This document shows positions 63,158-64,000 of a stretch of DNA of 64,000 nucleotides, in pieces. The stretch spans positions 92,070,001-92,134,000 of the forward strand of contig CM069131.1 of NCBI GenBank assembly GCA_035221665.1. Reading direction: 5' to 3'. The DNA is from Okamejei kenojei. Its lineage: Eukaryota. The translations under genes and the position numbers were made by a program. Position 1 is the first letter of the stretch. Each line of letters starts with the position of its first letter. The notes under the pieces were generated by a model. The model saw only the letters and a list, made by a program, of their open reading frames with translations, was not told where the DNA came from and did not search any database.

Positions 63158-63648
63158 CAGTTTAGTTTAGTTTATTATTGTCTGAGATACAGTGAAAAGC
63201 TTTTTGTTGCACGCTTGCCAGTCAGTGAAAAGAAAATACCTGATTACAATCAAGCCGTCCACAGTGTACAGATAGATAGTCGGAATAAAGATAGTTCGAA
63301 GGTCTCCAATGAGATAGATGGGGGATCAGGATCACACTCTTGCTAGTGAAAGGATGGTTCAGTTGCCTGATACCAGTTGGGAAGAAACTGTTCCTGAATC
63401 TGTACCTCTTGCCTGATGGAGAGGGTAGAAGAGGGAGTTACCGGGGTGAGACTGGTCCATGATTATACAGATGGCCTTGCTGAGGCTGCGTGACCTGTAG
63501 AAGGAGTCAATGGAAGGGAAGTTGGTTTGCGTGACGGTCTGGGCTGTGTCCACAACTCCCTACAATCTCTTACGTTCTTGGATGGAACTGTTCCGAAACC
63601 ATGATGTAATGCATCTCGATAAAATGCTTTTTGTGGTGCATCTATAGA
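63158..63648 (-). mobile_element. Rex1/Babar-like LINE 3' fragment
   Basis: AQTVTQTNFPSIDSFYRSR..SHPGNSLF peptide; (TTTAG) tail. Confidence 0.75.
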
Positions 63649-64000
63649 AGGCAAAGAACAGCATTTCTAACTGAGTGAAAAAGTCAGACAAGTGTGCAGG
63701 TGTGAGACTCAACAATGTCACCTCCGTGATGTAGTTCAAATATGAAGGATAAAAAGTACTTTGGTACTTCCAGAAATCATGTCAGAGAAGTTCATGTACA
63801 TCAAATAATCACGGCAAGAGATGGTTCCATCGACACTGATTTAATGCAATATGACAAATCTATTCCTGTTTCGATACGGAGTTAACCACTGATCAAGAGC
63901 CACACAGTAGCGGTAAGTGAAGTCAAGAGGTTGTGACTTCCTTGGTTCTAGGAAGAAGTACATCATTAGAGTCTGGTGCACACATGAGGGGGTCAAACTG

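Noticed and set aside
62734-63918. Exon-like segments near 62735-62835 and 63774-63912
   Set aside because: Plausible splice words, but no recognisable protein, and frames close quickly.
1-64000. Prokaryotic operon, prophage or defence system
   Set aside because: No gene-dense organisation; the recombinase, methyltransferase-like and nuclease domains all belong to eukaryotic retroelements.

Overview
Eukaryotic, repeat-saturated DNA from a cartilaginous fish, most likely a skate or ray. This is inferred from the HE1-type V-SINEs, HER1/CR1 LINEs and the elasmobranch-style Penelope repeats. I recognise no host protein-coding exon, so the window looks intergenic or intronic. Almost every ORF in the track is a transposon fragment or its antisense shadow. 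Main contents: two DIRS1-type tyrosine-recombinase retroelements (one partial at 1-1954; one full-length at 24046-29040 with ITRs, ICR, gag, RT/RNase H, MT and YR); a near-intact 5'-truncated Hero-type RLE non-LTR retrotransposon (12937-15178); a degraded Gypsy; a rearranged Mag-type Gypsy with two LTRs and a 5-bp TSD (37887-41074); two head-to-tail non-autonomous Helitrons; a Tc1 transposon; a bipartite RTE; a TIR element with a 7-bp TSD; many CR1, Rex1, Penelope and SINE pieces; and one 135-N assembly gap. Two observations stand out. (1) The Hero 3' UTR holds all three hammerhead ribozyme core segments in a non-circularly permuted order (GUA -> GAAA -> CUGAUGA) inside a multi-pseudoknotted fold (15012-15132). 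(2) The Mag element appears to record reverse transcriptase reading 37 nt into its tRNA-Leu primer and then switching templates, which would explain the inverted gag-protease and missing RT.
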